In this document: positions 28,460 through 37,108 of the stretch, in pieces | Layout of the letters: the number at the start of each line of letters is the position of its first letter | Numbering within the stretch: position 1 is the stretch's first letter | Virus record (IMG/VR): IMGVR_UViG_2561511241_000009 | Coordinates: 1 to 42,114 of that record | DNA: 42,114 nucleotides | Source of the DNA: a virus | Taxonomy: Duplodnaviria; Heunggongvirae; Uroviricota; Caudoviricetes | Reading direction: 5' to 3' (one strand) | Program-made: the position numbers and the translations under genes | The notes under the pieces: model-generated | The model's input: only the letters and a program-made list of their open reading frames with translations | Told to the model about the DNA's origin: nothing | Database searches by the model: none

Positions 28460-29935
28460 TTAAGCATAGGGATCGTAATCTGTGATGGCCTTGCCTTGCT
28501 GGTTCTGCTGCCCGGGAAGTCGCAGGCGCTTTGACACCGGGAAAGCAAACGTCAGCAGTAGCGCATCGCCTTTACCAGGCGAACGCCCAAGCCGCTCCTT
28601 GATATCTTCCTTCGGTTCGATAACGATTTTACCGTCCACTCGAACTTTGTACTCTGCCGCAGACAGGTCGTCCGCTGTTTCCTGGTCATCCAGCATGCCG
28701 CCCAGCCTCAGCCATGTCTTGCATGAGTTGAACATCTCCCCACGCTTGTTGAGCATCTGCGGGTCAGTAGACGCGCCACCGAACGGAACAAGTTGCCATG
28801 TACGACCCCATCCGTCACCGATTGATTTCAGACCGGTTCCGTAACCGAAGTCGATGAACACTGCGTCAGCCTGGTACTGGTCTTCAAAGTCAGCGATACG
28901 CTTCGCCATTATCAGATCGTCAGTGGTCTTGTTGCCAGTCCACAGCACCTTACTGTGCAGCCCCTGCCGCAGGTATATCACAGCGTCATCAACGCCGGAG
29001 TATGCCGGGTCAACGCCGATTATCACCGGAGCGTGTGCCACCTGCGCAGCAGTTACCACCCGTTTCATTGCCTCGTCAGTAAGACCGGTAGGGATAAACT
29101 GCAATTCAGATGCATCAGGAAATATGCCGCGCACACGGATTTTAACGAAGTCGCTGTCTTCCCCGTAGTCATCAACCCATTTCTGTAATTGCTGCTTGTT
29201 AGTACCTTCCACCGTCCGGCTGTCAATCTGTGCAGTTTTCCAGCGGTGTTTATATTTGCGGAAACATTCGCGGAAACGCCCGGTGTTACGCGTCGGGTTC
29301 CCGAACGCCACCCAGATGATTTCGGTGTCTTCGTCCGTAAGCGCACCCTCGGCAACTTCCCACACCAGATCCGCAATGTTCGACGCTTCATCAAACACCA
29401 CGATGATGCGTTTGCGCTCGTTGTGTAGTCCCGCGAACGCCTCAGTGTTGTGCTCAGACCAGGGGATTGCGTCAGCGCGCCACCGCTTGTCGTGCCCAGG
29501 GTCATTGCTGTACATCGCGGTAGCGGTACAGGTAAACCAGTCTTTCGTGATAGCAAGATTTGACCACTTGATAATTTCCGGCCAGGTCTTCGTTCGTAGC
29601 TGGTTGTCGGTGTTGGCGGTCACCACCACCTTGCAGTCCTCGCAGGTCGACATGCCCCAGTTAATCAGCATTGAGATGAAAGCTGACTTGCCGATGCCGT
29701 GGCCGGATGCGCGGGCCAGCATCAACGGCTGGTGACGCGTCGCCGGGTTCTGCAGGTGATCGCGTATCTCGCGGAATGCGTCTGCCTGCCACTTACGCGG
29801 ACCGGTGGCGTGCGCCAGCTCTGTGCCTTCCTCGCCCCACGGAAACGCATACAGCGCATAGCCCAGCGGGTCATACGTGAACGAGGCGATATCCTCGACG
29901 AGTTGCTCTTCCGGCGACATGGCTGCGGCTGTCAT
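28460..29935 (-). CDS. terminase large subunit
   Basis: Walker A-like ASGHGIGKS; C-terminal nuclease-like region; 491 aa; ATGA overlap with small subunit. Confidence 0.85.
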   Translation of the reverse strand: MTAAAMSPEEQLVEDIASFTYDPLGYALYAFPWGEEGTELAHATGPRKWQADAFREIRDHLQNPATRHQPLMLARASGHGIGKSAFISMLINWGMSTCEDCKVVVTANTDNQLRTKTWPEIIKWSNLAITKDWFTCTATAMYSNDPGHDKRWRADAIPWSEHNTEAFAGLHNERKRIIVVFDEASNIADLVWEVAEGALTDEDTEIIWVAFGNPTRNTGRFRECFRKYKHRWKTAQIDSRTVEGTNKQQLQKWVDDYGEDSDFVKIRVRGIFPDASELQFIPTGLTDEAMKRVVTAAQVAHAPVIIGVDPAYSGVDDAVIYLRQGLHSKVLWTGNKTTDDLIMAKRIADFEDQYQADAVFIDFGYGTGLKSIGDGWGRTWQLVPFGGASTDPQMLNKRGEMFNSCKTWLRLGGMLDDQETADDLSAAEYKVRVDGKIVIEPKEDIKERLGRSPGKGDALLLTFAFPVSKRLRLPGQQNQQGKAITDYDPYA

Positions 29936-30528
29936 TCTTCACCACCAGCCTGCTCTATGACGCGGCGCCGGGCGGCGGCCATGCGGTCGGCGATGGTGAC
30001 CGTGCCGGAAACCTCCAGGCGCTCTTTGAACGCGTTAACGTCGACGTGCTTACCAATCAGTTCGAGGTTCTTCATCTTGTCAGGCCATTTAATTTTTTTG
30101 AGGATTGTCTCTATCGAATCCTCGTTCATGTTCATGATGGTCGATGACAGATCAAAGCCACTAAGCGTAGTGCGCCAGATTTTCGGCCACTCGCGGATTG
30201 GCTTAAGACTCCCATCGTCGTTGAGGATATCAATCACGTCCATCTGGTCGATCTCCACCAGGCGCATGAGAACGTAATCAGCACTGACGCGCATTCGTTT
30301 GTTGCGCTCCTCCATCAGCTCGGCAATCCGTTTTTGAATGCGTTCATCGCGCATCATGACACTGGCTTTAACTGCCGCTGTATTTGGGGAGAATCCTGCG
30401 TTAATCGCTGCCTGAGTCTGGTTTTCAGGCGTTTTGATGTATGACTGGCAATAAGCCTCCTGCATTGCTGTTAGTGGCTTAAATTGCGTTGATTTGCGTT
30501 TATAGGTTTTAGGTTCAGCAGGCATCAT
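29932..30528 (-). CDS. terminase small subunit
   Basis: Directly upstream of and overlapping large subunit; GGTGG RBS before Met at 30528 (track ORF extends to 30606). Confidence 0.65.
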   Translation of the reverse strand: MMPAEPKTYKRKSTQFKPLTAMQEAYCQSYIKTPENQTQAAINAGFSPNTAAVKASVMMRDERIQKRIAELMEERNKRMRVSADYVLMRLVEIDQMDVIDILNDDGSLKPIREWPKIWRTTLSGFDLSSTIMNMNEDSIETILKKIKWPDKMKNLELIGKHVDVNAFKERLEVSGTVTIADRMAAARRRVIEQAGGEE

Positions 30529-30646
30529 AACCACCGTGGTAATAGTTACCGTTGTGGTAATAGTACCATGCAAAATAAAGCCGCCATAGTTGGCGGCAGT
30601 ATTCAAAACCCATCAAATTCATCATGCATAATCTACTCGTGACATG

Positions 30647-30985
30647 TCACACTATTAATTTCGTTTCATGCCAGCCTTTAGTCACCCAGCATTGCGAGTC
30701 ACCATTACACGGGCATGAATTCACAGGAACTCTCTCGCCGCACTTACCGCAACGTTTTCTGCTGATCGATTTTATACGCCCGTGCACGCGTGCATCATCC
30801 TGGCGGATCAGTAACGCTATATACTCACCAAATTCGTAAGGCGCACGCCCGGGGCGACGCGTGGCACAGTTACGCTCCAGCATTTCAATTTCCTGAGCAT
30901 CAAGCACAATCTCCAGCTTACGCACACCAGATGCAGCTTGTCTGGCTCTCTGAGCGGCTTTGCGCTCTGCTGCTGATTTAGCCAT
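30647..30985 (-). CDS. hypothetical protein with basic N-terminus and Cys-rich C-terminus (possible regulator)
   Basis: CxxC...CPC cluster suggests a zinc ribbon; no His, so not HNH. Confidence 0.4.
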   Translation of the reverse strand: MAKSAAERKAAQRARQAASGVRKLEIVLDAQEIEMLERNCATRRPGRAPYEFGEYIALLIRQDDARVHGRIKSISRKRCGKCGERVPVNSCPCNGDSQCWVTKGWHETKLIV

Positions 30986-31331
30986 TCTGATTTTCCTGCA
31001 TCATGAGAAATACAATCATGGCGGCTCGGAGTGGATTATTCGCATGAAAGCAAATGTTCTCGGCATTAAAAACAGCTGACCACTCACCGCGAGATTGGTG
31101 GCAGGTTAGACTGATTTTATTATCAACAATAATAGGCCATGCATCCGATGGATTATTGCAGTAGTCAGGTAAAGGGTTTAATGGCTCAAAAGTTGTATCA
31201 GCATTTCCGTAATACCATTTGTTGGTGTTATTCCCTGATGTTTCCGGTTTACATGCCCAAAGGCCTTTAAAAATTATGTCTCCTACCATTCTGTTAATTT
31301 CAAAATCACTTAACTGTGAATAGTCCATCAT
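30978..31331 (-). CDS. DUF2591-like phage protein
   Basis: Starts MMDYSQLSDFEINRMVG; ATGA overlap with upstream gene supports start at 31331 (track ORF over-extended to 31475). Confidence 0.45.
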   Translation of the reverse strand: MMDYSQLSDFEINRMVGDIIFKGLWACKPETSGNNTNKWYYGNADTTFEPLNPLPDYCNNPSDAWPIIVDNKISLTCHQSRGEWSAVFNAENICFHANNPLRAAMIVFLMMQENQNG

Positions 31332-31870
31332 TTCGCCTCCTGCGGCGGTTCTGGCAGCGGCATCCAGTACAAGGCGTTCCCTAACCACGATAAAGTGCCG
31401 TCGCTCAACTCCACGTATTCCCCTTGTACCTGTCCTGCCATATACTCGCCGTGCTTTGAATAAATTAAAATCCAATCATCTTGAGGGGGCATTCGCTCAC
31501 TACAGCTTATCCAACCATCCGGAGTTACCGGATGGGGTCCAGCGAACTCGGGCATGTCAGGACCTTTTCTGATAGCTTTAGCCAGCTCCAGCGGGTCATC
31601 GTAAAGCCAGTCGCCAGTTTGTGGGTGATTTGCTTCTGCAAGCTGCGCAGCCCATTCAAGACCATCTTTTTGACCTTGGAGATAATCAAGCGGCAACTCT
31701 TCATGATTACTTGCAGGTTCTGCACTATCAGCTTCGCGCCGCTTCTGTAGCTCTGCTGCCATCGCTCTCACGACTTCAACTGGTGCCCTTGCAGCAAACT
31801 CTATGTTGGTGATCAGCTCATTAAGATATTGCTCGCTGGGATACTGTTTCTTATTGGTAATAGTGGTCAT
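31328..31870 (-). CDS. DUF551-like phage protein
   Basis: C-terminal DGW..W..LP.PP signature typical of DUF551. Confidence 0.45.
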   Translation of the reverse strand: MTTITNKKQYPSEQYLNELITNIEFAARAPVEVVRAMAAELQKRREADSAEPASNHEELPLDYLQGQKDGLEWAAQLAEANHPQTGDWLYDDPLELAKAIRKGPDMPEFAGPHPVTPDGWISCSERMPPQDDWILIYSKHGEYMAGQVQGEYVELSDGTLSWLGNALYWMPLPEPPQEAK

Positions 31871-32382
31871 GCCGCGTTTCCTTCTTTCTTATTAACAATT
31901 ACACCGTCATATATTTCATTAAGGTGCCCTCTCAACTCCATGCGCCTTAATGCAGATAACATGTAATCGCATTCAACCTGCTTATTTCCAGTAAATGGCT
32001 TATCGTCAGGATTACCCCAACAGCAATTACCATTGGGCCACCCATGTACTTTCCGTACTCTTCCGTTAATAACGTGAAGTAATCCCCAGCCGGGAGGTAA
32101 ATCCTCAACTGAAATAATTCCCGGCTCACTAATAAAGAATCGCCAGTCGCCCATGCCAAGTGAGGGATTTTTACGGAAACGCTTTTTTCTATCTGCCAAC
32201 AAGTCAGCACGAGAACACTTCGCCTCTATCAGGCATGATGCTGAATTTCTGAATCCCATAGCATCTGGCTGTTCTCCGGTACTGGTTACAGCAACAAAGC
32301 GGTCATGAAAGCAAACCTTGAACCCGTTGCGCTTAAGGAACTTGTACGCAATCTGACAGAGTTCGCGGTGTGTTAACGCCAT
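31867..32382 (-). CDS. PD-(D/E)xK nuclease-fold-like hypothetical protein
   Basis: Candidate catalytic pattern PDAMGF...CLIEAKCS (D...ExK). Confidence 0.35.
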   Translation of the reverse strand: MALTHRELCQIAYKFLKRNGFKVCFHDRFVAVTSTGEQPDAMGFRNSASCLIEAKCSRADLLADRKKRFRKNPSLGMGDWRFFISEPGIISVEDLPPGWGLLHVINGRVRKVHGWPNGNCCWGNPDDKPFTGNKQVECDYMLSALRRMELRGHLNEIYDGVIVNKKEGNAA

Positions 32383-32386
32383 ATCA

Positions 32387-33478
32387 TCACTCTCCTTTGA
32401 TGCGAATGCCTGCGGCGCGGATTGCAGCGATGACTTCAGAAACTTTGTATGCCATTACCGTTTGGTAATCATCGTGAAAATCTGTTCGATGAAGCATGCT
32501 GCTACGTTCCGGGAGCGATATTTCCCGAGCATCCAGTTCCTTAACGTGTTCCTCCAGTTCGTAGACCCTGCATTGTTCTCTATCATCAATCAGATATAAC
32601 CCAAGACATTCGCTTTCTACCCAACCGCCAAAATCATGATCGTAACGCTCACATGAAAACTCACCGTCACCGTCCTTTGTTGGAATGGTGTAACTATCTA
32701 ATGGGCCACCATATGTCGGCACATTTCCCAATGTTGGATGCTCAATCCACATGAAAAATGCACGTCCGGTTATTGGGCAAATATCTGGCCGCCATTGGTT
32801 ACGAACAGCCTTGGTTTCGGATAATTCTTCAGCGTGTTGTTTTACTTCCTCAAGCTCAACGCGCAGCTTCCCTACCGTAAGCGCAATATCCTCGTTCTCC
32901 TGGTCACGGCGTTTGATGTATTGCTGGTTTCTTTCCCGTTCATCCAGCAGTGCCAGCACGGTTTCTGGTCCGGTCAGAAAAGACTTATTGATAAATCCGT
33001 GATTGAACGCAGCAGCAAGACGGCTTGCGGTGTAGTTAATCCCCTCGTTGCGTGCCTCCGCACGTATTTCAGCCAGGAAAGCGTCGGTGGCTGTGGTTTC
33101 GATATCGTTAATTTCAGGAAGAATCTCTTCCCATGTAGCGATATCGCCATTCAAATGCCACCCGGCAATTCCACTGGAGTTATCCGCAACACTCCGAACG
33201 GCTTCAATAGTTTCATGCATTGCCGCATTCTCCGCCGCCAGCGCCGAAAACTTCTCGTGTGCCAACTTAACAGCCGAATCAGCCTGCTTAATTGACTCAA
33301 TCGCTTTCTGCTGGCCTTCGGCCAGCGCATTAGCACGCGCCAGTTGCACTTCCAGTTGCGTTGCCAAATCGCTGAGCAGCTTTGCCACACTGCGCATATC
33401 AACGGCACCACATTCAGCTTTCAGTTCCGAAGCCATCTCATGCCCGGCGGCAACTAACCCTTTGATATTACTTTCCAT
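32387..33478 (-). CDS. Ead/Ea22-like protein
   Basis: Coiled-coil N-half, acidic Trp/Cys-containing C-half; position in early region. Confidence 0.45.
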   Translation of the reverse strand: MESNIKGLVAAGHEMASELKAECGAVDMRSVAKLLSDLATQLEVQLARANALAEGQQKAIESIKQADSAVKLAHEKFSALAAENAAMHETIEAVRSVADNSSGIAGWHLNGDIATWEEILPEINDIETTATDAFLAEIRAEARNEGINYTASRLAAAFNHGFINKSFLTGPETVLALLDERERNQQYIKRRDQENEDIALTVGKLRVELEEVKQHAEELSETKAVRNQWRPDICPITGRAFFMWIEHPTLGNVPTYGGPLDSYTIPTKDGDGEFSCERYDHDFGGWVESECLGLYLIDDREQCRVYELEEHVKELDAREISLPERSSMLHRTDFHDDYQTVMAYKVSEVIAAIRAAGIRIKGE

Positions 33479-33539
33479 CTTTACCCTCGCTTATCCACAT
33501 AACTTATTGATTACATTGATAACTAAAAAGATCGTCGAT

Positions 33540-33887
33540 TCAGAATTCTTCGATGTTCCAGCCACCACCTGCTTTCTTTGGTTTAACCGTTACCCCGATG
33601 ATTCGGAACGGATACTGATCTGCGGCTACTTTGGTTTTCACCCTGGCGTCGTCGGTCCAGAATCCCCCTTTCACTTCGTGCAGTTCCATCTCTCCGGTGG
33701 CGAGCATCACAGCAAAATCGGGCGTATAGAACGTGTTGTCGGCTAACCGCAGCTTGATACCCTCGAATCGATACCAGGCGATTTCCCCTGCGCGTTTACG
33801 CTGCTCAAGGTGCTGGCAATACGCAGATTCTGTTTTGTTCATCTGGCCTGTTTTGAGTCGACCAAGAGCCTGTATCTGTTTTCTCAT
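33540..33887 (-). CDS. PD-(D/E)xK nuclease-fold protein (DUF1064/VRR-NUC-like)
   Basis: Motif YTPDFAV...MELHEVKGG (D...ExK). Confidence 0.45.
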   Translation of the reverse strand: MRKQIQALGRLKTGQMNKTESAYCQHLEQRKRAGEIAWYRFEGIKLRLADNTFYTPDFAVMLATGEMELHEVKGGFWTDDARVKTKVAADQYPFRIIGVTVKPKKAGGGWNIEEF

Positions 33888-33890
33888 GAT

Positions 33891-33905
33891 TTACCCTTGA
33901 GGTAA
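33891..33905. promoter_or_regulatory. operator-like palindrome TTACCcttgaGGTAA
   Basis: Perfect palindrome overlapping the RBS of the 33887 gene. Confidence 0.5.
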
Positions 33906-33953
33906 TTAAAAACCACATAAGACACAAAATCAATAGAGTTTAGAATATTTTAT

Positions 33954-33968
33954 TACCCAATAGGTAAT
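33954..33968. promoter_or_regulatory. operator-like palindrome TTACCcaataGGTAA
   Basis: Perfect palindrome 63 bp from the previous site. Confidence 0.5.
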
Positions 33969-34004
33969 TATTGAGACGTAAAAAAATGCGCTATCGCGCT
34001 GGTA

Positions 34005-34787
34005 TTACTTGATAAATCCTGCCGCCTTTCCCCGCCTGTATTCCTCCATCAGCCACTGCGCCGGTGTTATTCCCCCCAGGGTGGCGGCGTTAGGCATGCA
34101 CCCGAAACTTCGCCCTGGTGGATGGTAAACGTCTCTCCCTGTGTCCGGAGGCGTACTCATGGGTTCTGGCTTTGCCTGTATGCTGATCACCGGATCGGGT
34201 ATCTGCTGTCCGGAAGCCACCTTTTTCGCCCAATCATCGAGCAGCCTGCGCGCGTGTTTCTCAACCTCAATCTCGCTAAGCTGGCGCTGATACATTGCGC
34301 GGCGGGTATCACATACAACCCAGTACATAACCGGATGTCGCCACGGGAATCTTTCTGGACCACCAGGATATAAACTTTTTTCCTTGCTGTACCGATGAAA
34401 CTCCGCCATCACATCGTCAATGGTGACGCCAAGAACCATCTTGCTGTCTTTGCACCACTTGATGAATTGCCCAGGCGACGGCCAGAACGGAGATTCACTG
34501 GCGCGGGCGTGGCGCATACCAGCGTTAACCTGTTCCATTGTAGTGATCCCATTCTCCAGAAACGCAAGCATCCATTGTTTTCGAAATTCGTTTAGCTTTC
34601 CCTGTTCGCTGATAGCAGCGATGCTGCCTGGAAATGCAGCCTGCAACTGGACAAACATTTCGTTGAAAATTCTTGCAACCTGCTCCTTCTTTGCCCTTTC
34701 ATCGTCAGCAGAAGCAACCACCGTCGAGTGGTCATGCCCACCACGAAAGCGATAGTACTCATTAAGAAGTTCTGGAGTTGATTTCAT
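34005..34787 (-). CDS. lambda P-like replication protein (helicase loader)
   Basis: Segment FRKQWMLAFLENGITTMEQVNAGMRHAR...PSPGQFIKWC matches recalled lambda P core; GAGG RBS before Met at 34787. Confidence 0.65.
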   Translation of the reverse strand: MKSTPELLNEYYRFRGGHDHSTVVASADDERAKKEQVARIFNEMFVQLQAAFPGSIAAISEQGKLNEFRKQWMLAFLENGITTMEQVNAGMRHARASESPFWPSPGQFIKWCKDSKMVLGVTIDDVMAEFHRYSKEKSLYPGGPERFPWRHPVMYWVVCDTRRAMYQRQLSEIEVEKHARRLLDDWAKKVASGQQIPDPVISIQAKPEPMSTPPDTGRDVYHPPGRSFGCMPNAATLGGITPAQWLMEEYRRGKAAGFIK

Positions 34788-35619
34788 CCCACACCTCATC
34801 TATCCAGTCAGTGTTATGCCAGTCAAGGCTCTTTCTGACTTCACCTGATTTCTGTCTACAGAACTGGATGCGCCTTGCCAGCTTCTGCTCCCACTGCGCC
34901 TGATGGTATGCCTTACCCTCAGCCATCCAGTAAATTCTGAACTCTGCAAGTTCCTGTGCCGTTGGCAGACTGTCCAGGTAGATCCCCTGCAATGAGCTTT
35001 TCCGAAGAAAGTCATCTGATGGCTGCCATTGTTCATGCATGACAAATTTGCCTAATTGCCCTGGCCCACCAGGAGGAACAAAGTTATTCATCACGGCGTT
35101 GTTTGCGCCGGGGTCATGAGGCACAGAATCCCCGTTTTTTGTCCTGCTCTCCCTCTCTTGGTTAAATGACTGGTTATATGACTGGTTCTGGATCCCGTTT
35201 TTGGGATCATTCAACATCCCGTTTTTGGGATCATTCAACATCCCGTTTTTGGGATCATTCAACATCCCGTTTTTGGGTATATTCCCGTTTTCGGTAACAT
35301 TACCGTTTTCGGGTTCATTGCCCCCCTCCCGGTTGCCTTTAATGTTCCCGTTTTTGGTTATATTAAGAGAGAAAACCCGCACTCTTTTTGTCGCTCCCTT
35401 TCTCTCTCCGGTATCTGAAATAAGCCCCATTTTCATGAGCGATATAAGCCCGGCCTGCACGGTTTTTTTATTCAGACAAGTGTCTTTAACGAGACGTTCT
35501 ATGCTGGGGTAGCAGAGGTTATATTCATCGGCTCTGTCAGCCATCGAGAGCAGTATGAGCTTTAATGACGAGCTACCTGGATCTGTCTCCCAGGCCCAAT
35601 CTGTTGCATGTCTGCTCAT
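34762..35619 (-). CDS. lambda O-like replication initiator with internal iterons
   Basis: N-terminal wHTH-like domain, repeat-encoded linker (PKNGMLND x3), C-terminal domain; directly upstream of P-like gene. Confidence 0.6.
   Translation of the reverse strand: MSRHATDWAWETDPGSSSLKLILLSMADRADEYNLCYPSIERLVKDTCLNKKTVQAGLISLMKMGLISDTGERKGATKRVRVFSLNITKNGNIKGNREGGNEPENGNVTENGNIPKNGMLNDPKNGMLNDPKNGMLNDPKNGIQNQSYNQSFNQERESRTKNGDSVPHDPGANNAVMNNFVPPGGPGQLGKFVMHEQWQPSDDFLRKSSLQGIYLDSLPTAQELAEFRIYWMAEGKAYHQAQWEQKLARRIQFCRQKSGEVRKSLDWHNTDWIDEVWDEINSRTS
35192..35320. repeat. iteron array (candidate replication origin) inside the O-like gene
   Basis: Three perfect tandem 24-bp units ATCCCGTTTTTGGGATCATTCAAC (35192-35263) plus degenerate copies; each unit contains the palindrome ATCCC-N6-GGGAT. 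Confidence 0.65.
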
Positions 35620-35634
35620 GATTAATCTCCGCTA

Positions 35635-35835
35635 TCAGCTTGAATGTTGTGGGGAGGAATTAATCATGATCTGCTTAATCTCTGCCCTGATGCGACGGTT
35701 TGATTCCATGGTGCACTCAACACAGTGTCCGTTGTAAACCCAGCGTTCACTGTCATGTCCGTGCTTACATGGTTTTCCGGTGTAGTAGCGTTTAAGTCCG
35801 CGCTTTGCGGCATCAATACGTGTAATGATTTCCAT
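35635..35835 (-). CDS. small zinc-ribbon protein (hypothetical regulator)
   Basis: CKHGH...CVEC Cys/His cluster; AGGG RBS before Met at 35835. Confidence 0.4.
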   Translation of the reverse strand: MEIITRIDAAKRGLKRYYTGKPCKHGHDSERWVYNGHCVECTMESNRRIRAEIKQIMINSSPQHSS

Positions 35836-35925
35836 GGTAAGCCCTGTTATTAGTATTGGGATTACGGTCATTTTGTGCTGACACAAAAAAAAGATCAACC
35901 AGATTTGGTTTTTTATTACCTTTGA

Positions 35926-35940
35926 GGTACGAATAGATAT
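35926..35940. promoter_or_regulatory. operator-like palindrome TTACCtttgaGGTAc
   Basis: One mismatch; between Cro-like and zinc-ribbon genes. Confidence 0.45.
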
Positions 35941-35985
35941 GAAAAGACCGCCGGGTGGCGGTCTACAGAGGGTTGTAGCTGGATA

Positions 35986-36216
35986 TCATGAGTAGAAGAA
36001 GTATGCCAGTTCTGCTTTTGAGCGCAGCCATTGTCTTGTTTTACAGGCTTTAAAAAGCCCATTCATCAATACTTTACCTGGCATTTTGCGCTTACCTGTT
36101 AAGTGAGTATGGATATAGTGACTCGTCGTTCCGGCTTCCTGTGCGAAGGCTTCACGCTCATCCGGAGTAAGTGCAAGCCAGTGCTTTTTGAAATCGAAAT
36201 GTCCGTTATCGCTCAT
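35986..36216 (-). CDS. Cro-like HTH regulator (YdaS/DicC-like)
   Basis: 76 aa; first gene of leftward early operon, divergent from repressor; putative HTH AFAQEAGTTSHYIHTHL. Confidence 0.5.
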   Translation of the reverse strand: MSDNGHFDFKKHWLALTPDEREAFAQEAGTTSHYIHTHLTGKRKMPGKVLMNGLFKACKTRQWLRSKAELAYFFYS

Positions 36217-36252
36217 AGCTATTGCCTGATATTTATTTCAGATAATAAATAT

Positions 36253-36315
36253 TCACCCATAAGGTAACAAAAATCAAGGATAGTTACCTATGAGGTGCAT
36301 TTACCTGTTGGGTAA
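36253..36315. promoter_or_regulatory. OR-like operator cluster (three palindromes) in the divergent repressor/cro region
   Basis: TCACCcataaGGTAA (36253-36267), TTACCtatgaGGTgc (36284-36298), TTACCtgttgGGTAA (36301-36315). Confidence 0.65.
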
Positions 36316-36370
36316 TATTGCTTTAAATTGAATCATCTACTGATTCATATATGAGACGATTTTCCAGAAA

Positions 36371-36955
36371 ATGAAAAGTATCCAGGACGTCCGCAGGCAA
36401 AATCTCAACGACTTGATCGACCGTGAATTCAATGGTGTTCAGACGCGGATGGCAGAAAAACTTGGAACTCAGGCAAATCTGGTAAACCGCTGGGCTCTTG
36501 GCAAGAAGGTTATCGGCGACCAAGTTGCACGAAAAATTGAAGCTGCCGCCAATAAACCCCGTAACTGGCTTGATATCGATCGCTCGCTTTCTCAGGAAGG
36601 TTTTCAGCCTGTCGGCCCAAGCGACATTGGCCAGCTGGCGGCTCACAACCTGGAACGCTGGATGAGCGAAAGCCGCGACCTTTCAACACAGGGAAAACTT
36701 CACCGCGCATCCGGCGTAGCCCAGGTGACAATCAGCCGCCTGTTAAACAATGAGGTCAGCGTTTCCATTTCCACCCTGGAGAATGTTGCATCCGCATTCG
36801 GGCGTCACGGCTATGAATTACTGATTCACCCGCACGACCCTGCGACCATCAACTATGATCGCTCGCGCTACGCATTGTTACCCGAAACCGAGAAAGCAAA
36901 GATCGAAAGTTACATTGAATTTGTCATCAACCAGAACGAAAAAAACAAACAATAA
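36371..36955 (+). CDS. phage repressor, tandem HTH (XRE-type), no S24 peptidase domain
   Basis: Two HTH-like segments (TRMAEKLGTQANLVNRW and ASGVAQVTISRLLNNEV); no Ala-Gly/Ser-Lys autocleavage module; divergent from Cro-like gene. Confidence 0.6.
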   Translation: MKSIQDVRRQNLNDLIDREFNGVQTRMAEKLGTQANLVNRWALGKKVIGDQVARKIEAAANKPRNWLDIDRSLSQEGFQPVGPSDIGQLAAHNLERWMSESRDLSTQGKLHRASGVAQVTISRLLNNEVSVSISTLENVASAFGRHGYELLIHPHDPATINYDRSRYALLPETEKAKIESYIEFVINQNEKNKQ

Positions 36956-36977
36956 AACCATATTTTTCAGTAAGTAA

Positions 36978-36999
36978 GCCGCCTTATGGCGGCTTTTTT
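36978..36999 (+). terminator. rho-independent terminator after repressor gene
   Basis: GCCGCC-ttat-GGCGGC then TTTTTT. Confidence 0.8.
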
Positions 37000-37012
37000 A
37001 TTGCCTATTCGA

Positions 37013-37027
37013 TTACCTAACGGGTAA
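37013..37027. promoter_or_regulatory. OL-like operator palindrome TTACCtaacgGGTAA
   Basis: Perfect palindrome between repressor terminator and rightward operon. Confidence 0.6.
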
Positions 37028-37074
37028 TTTTTTTAACTCATATCTATTGACATCAAACCATATACGCATAATTA

Positions 37075-37089
37075 TTACCTCAACGGTAA
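37075..37089. promoter_or_regulatory. OL-like operator palindrome TTACCtcaacGGTAA
   Basis: Perfect palindrome 20 bp upstream of the RBS of ORF 37109. Confidence 0.6.
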
Positions 37090-37108
37090 CAGACCGAGGT
37101 AACAAGTT

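Noticed and set aside
35192-35263. Perfect tandem 24-bp repeats that might suggest a CRISPR array
   Set aside because: Repeats are contiguous with no spacers and lie in frame inside the O-like gene; they fit iterons, not CRISPR.
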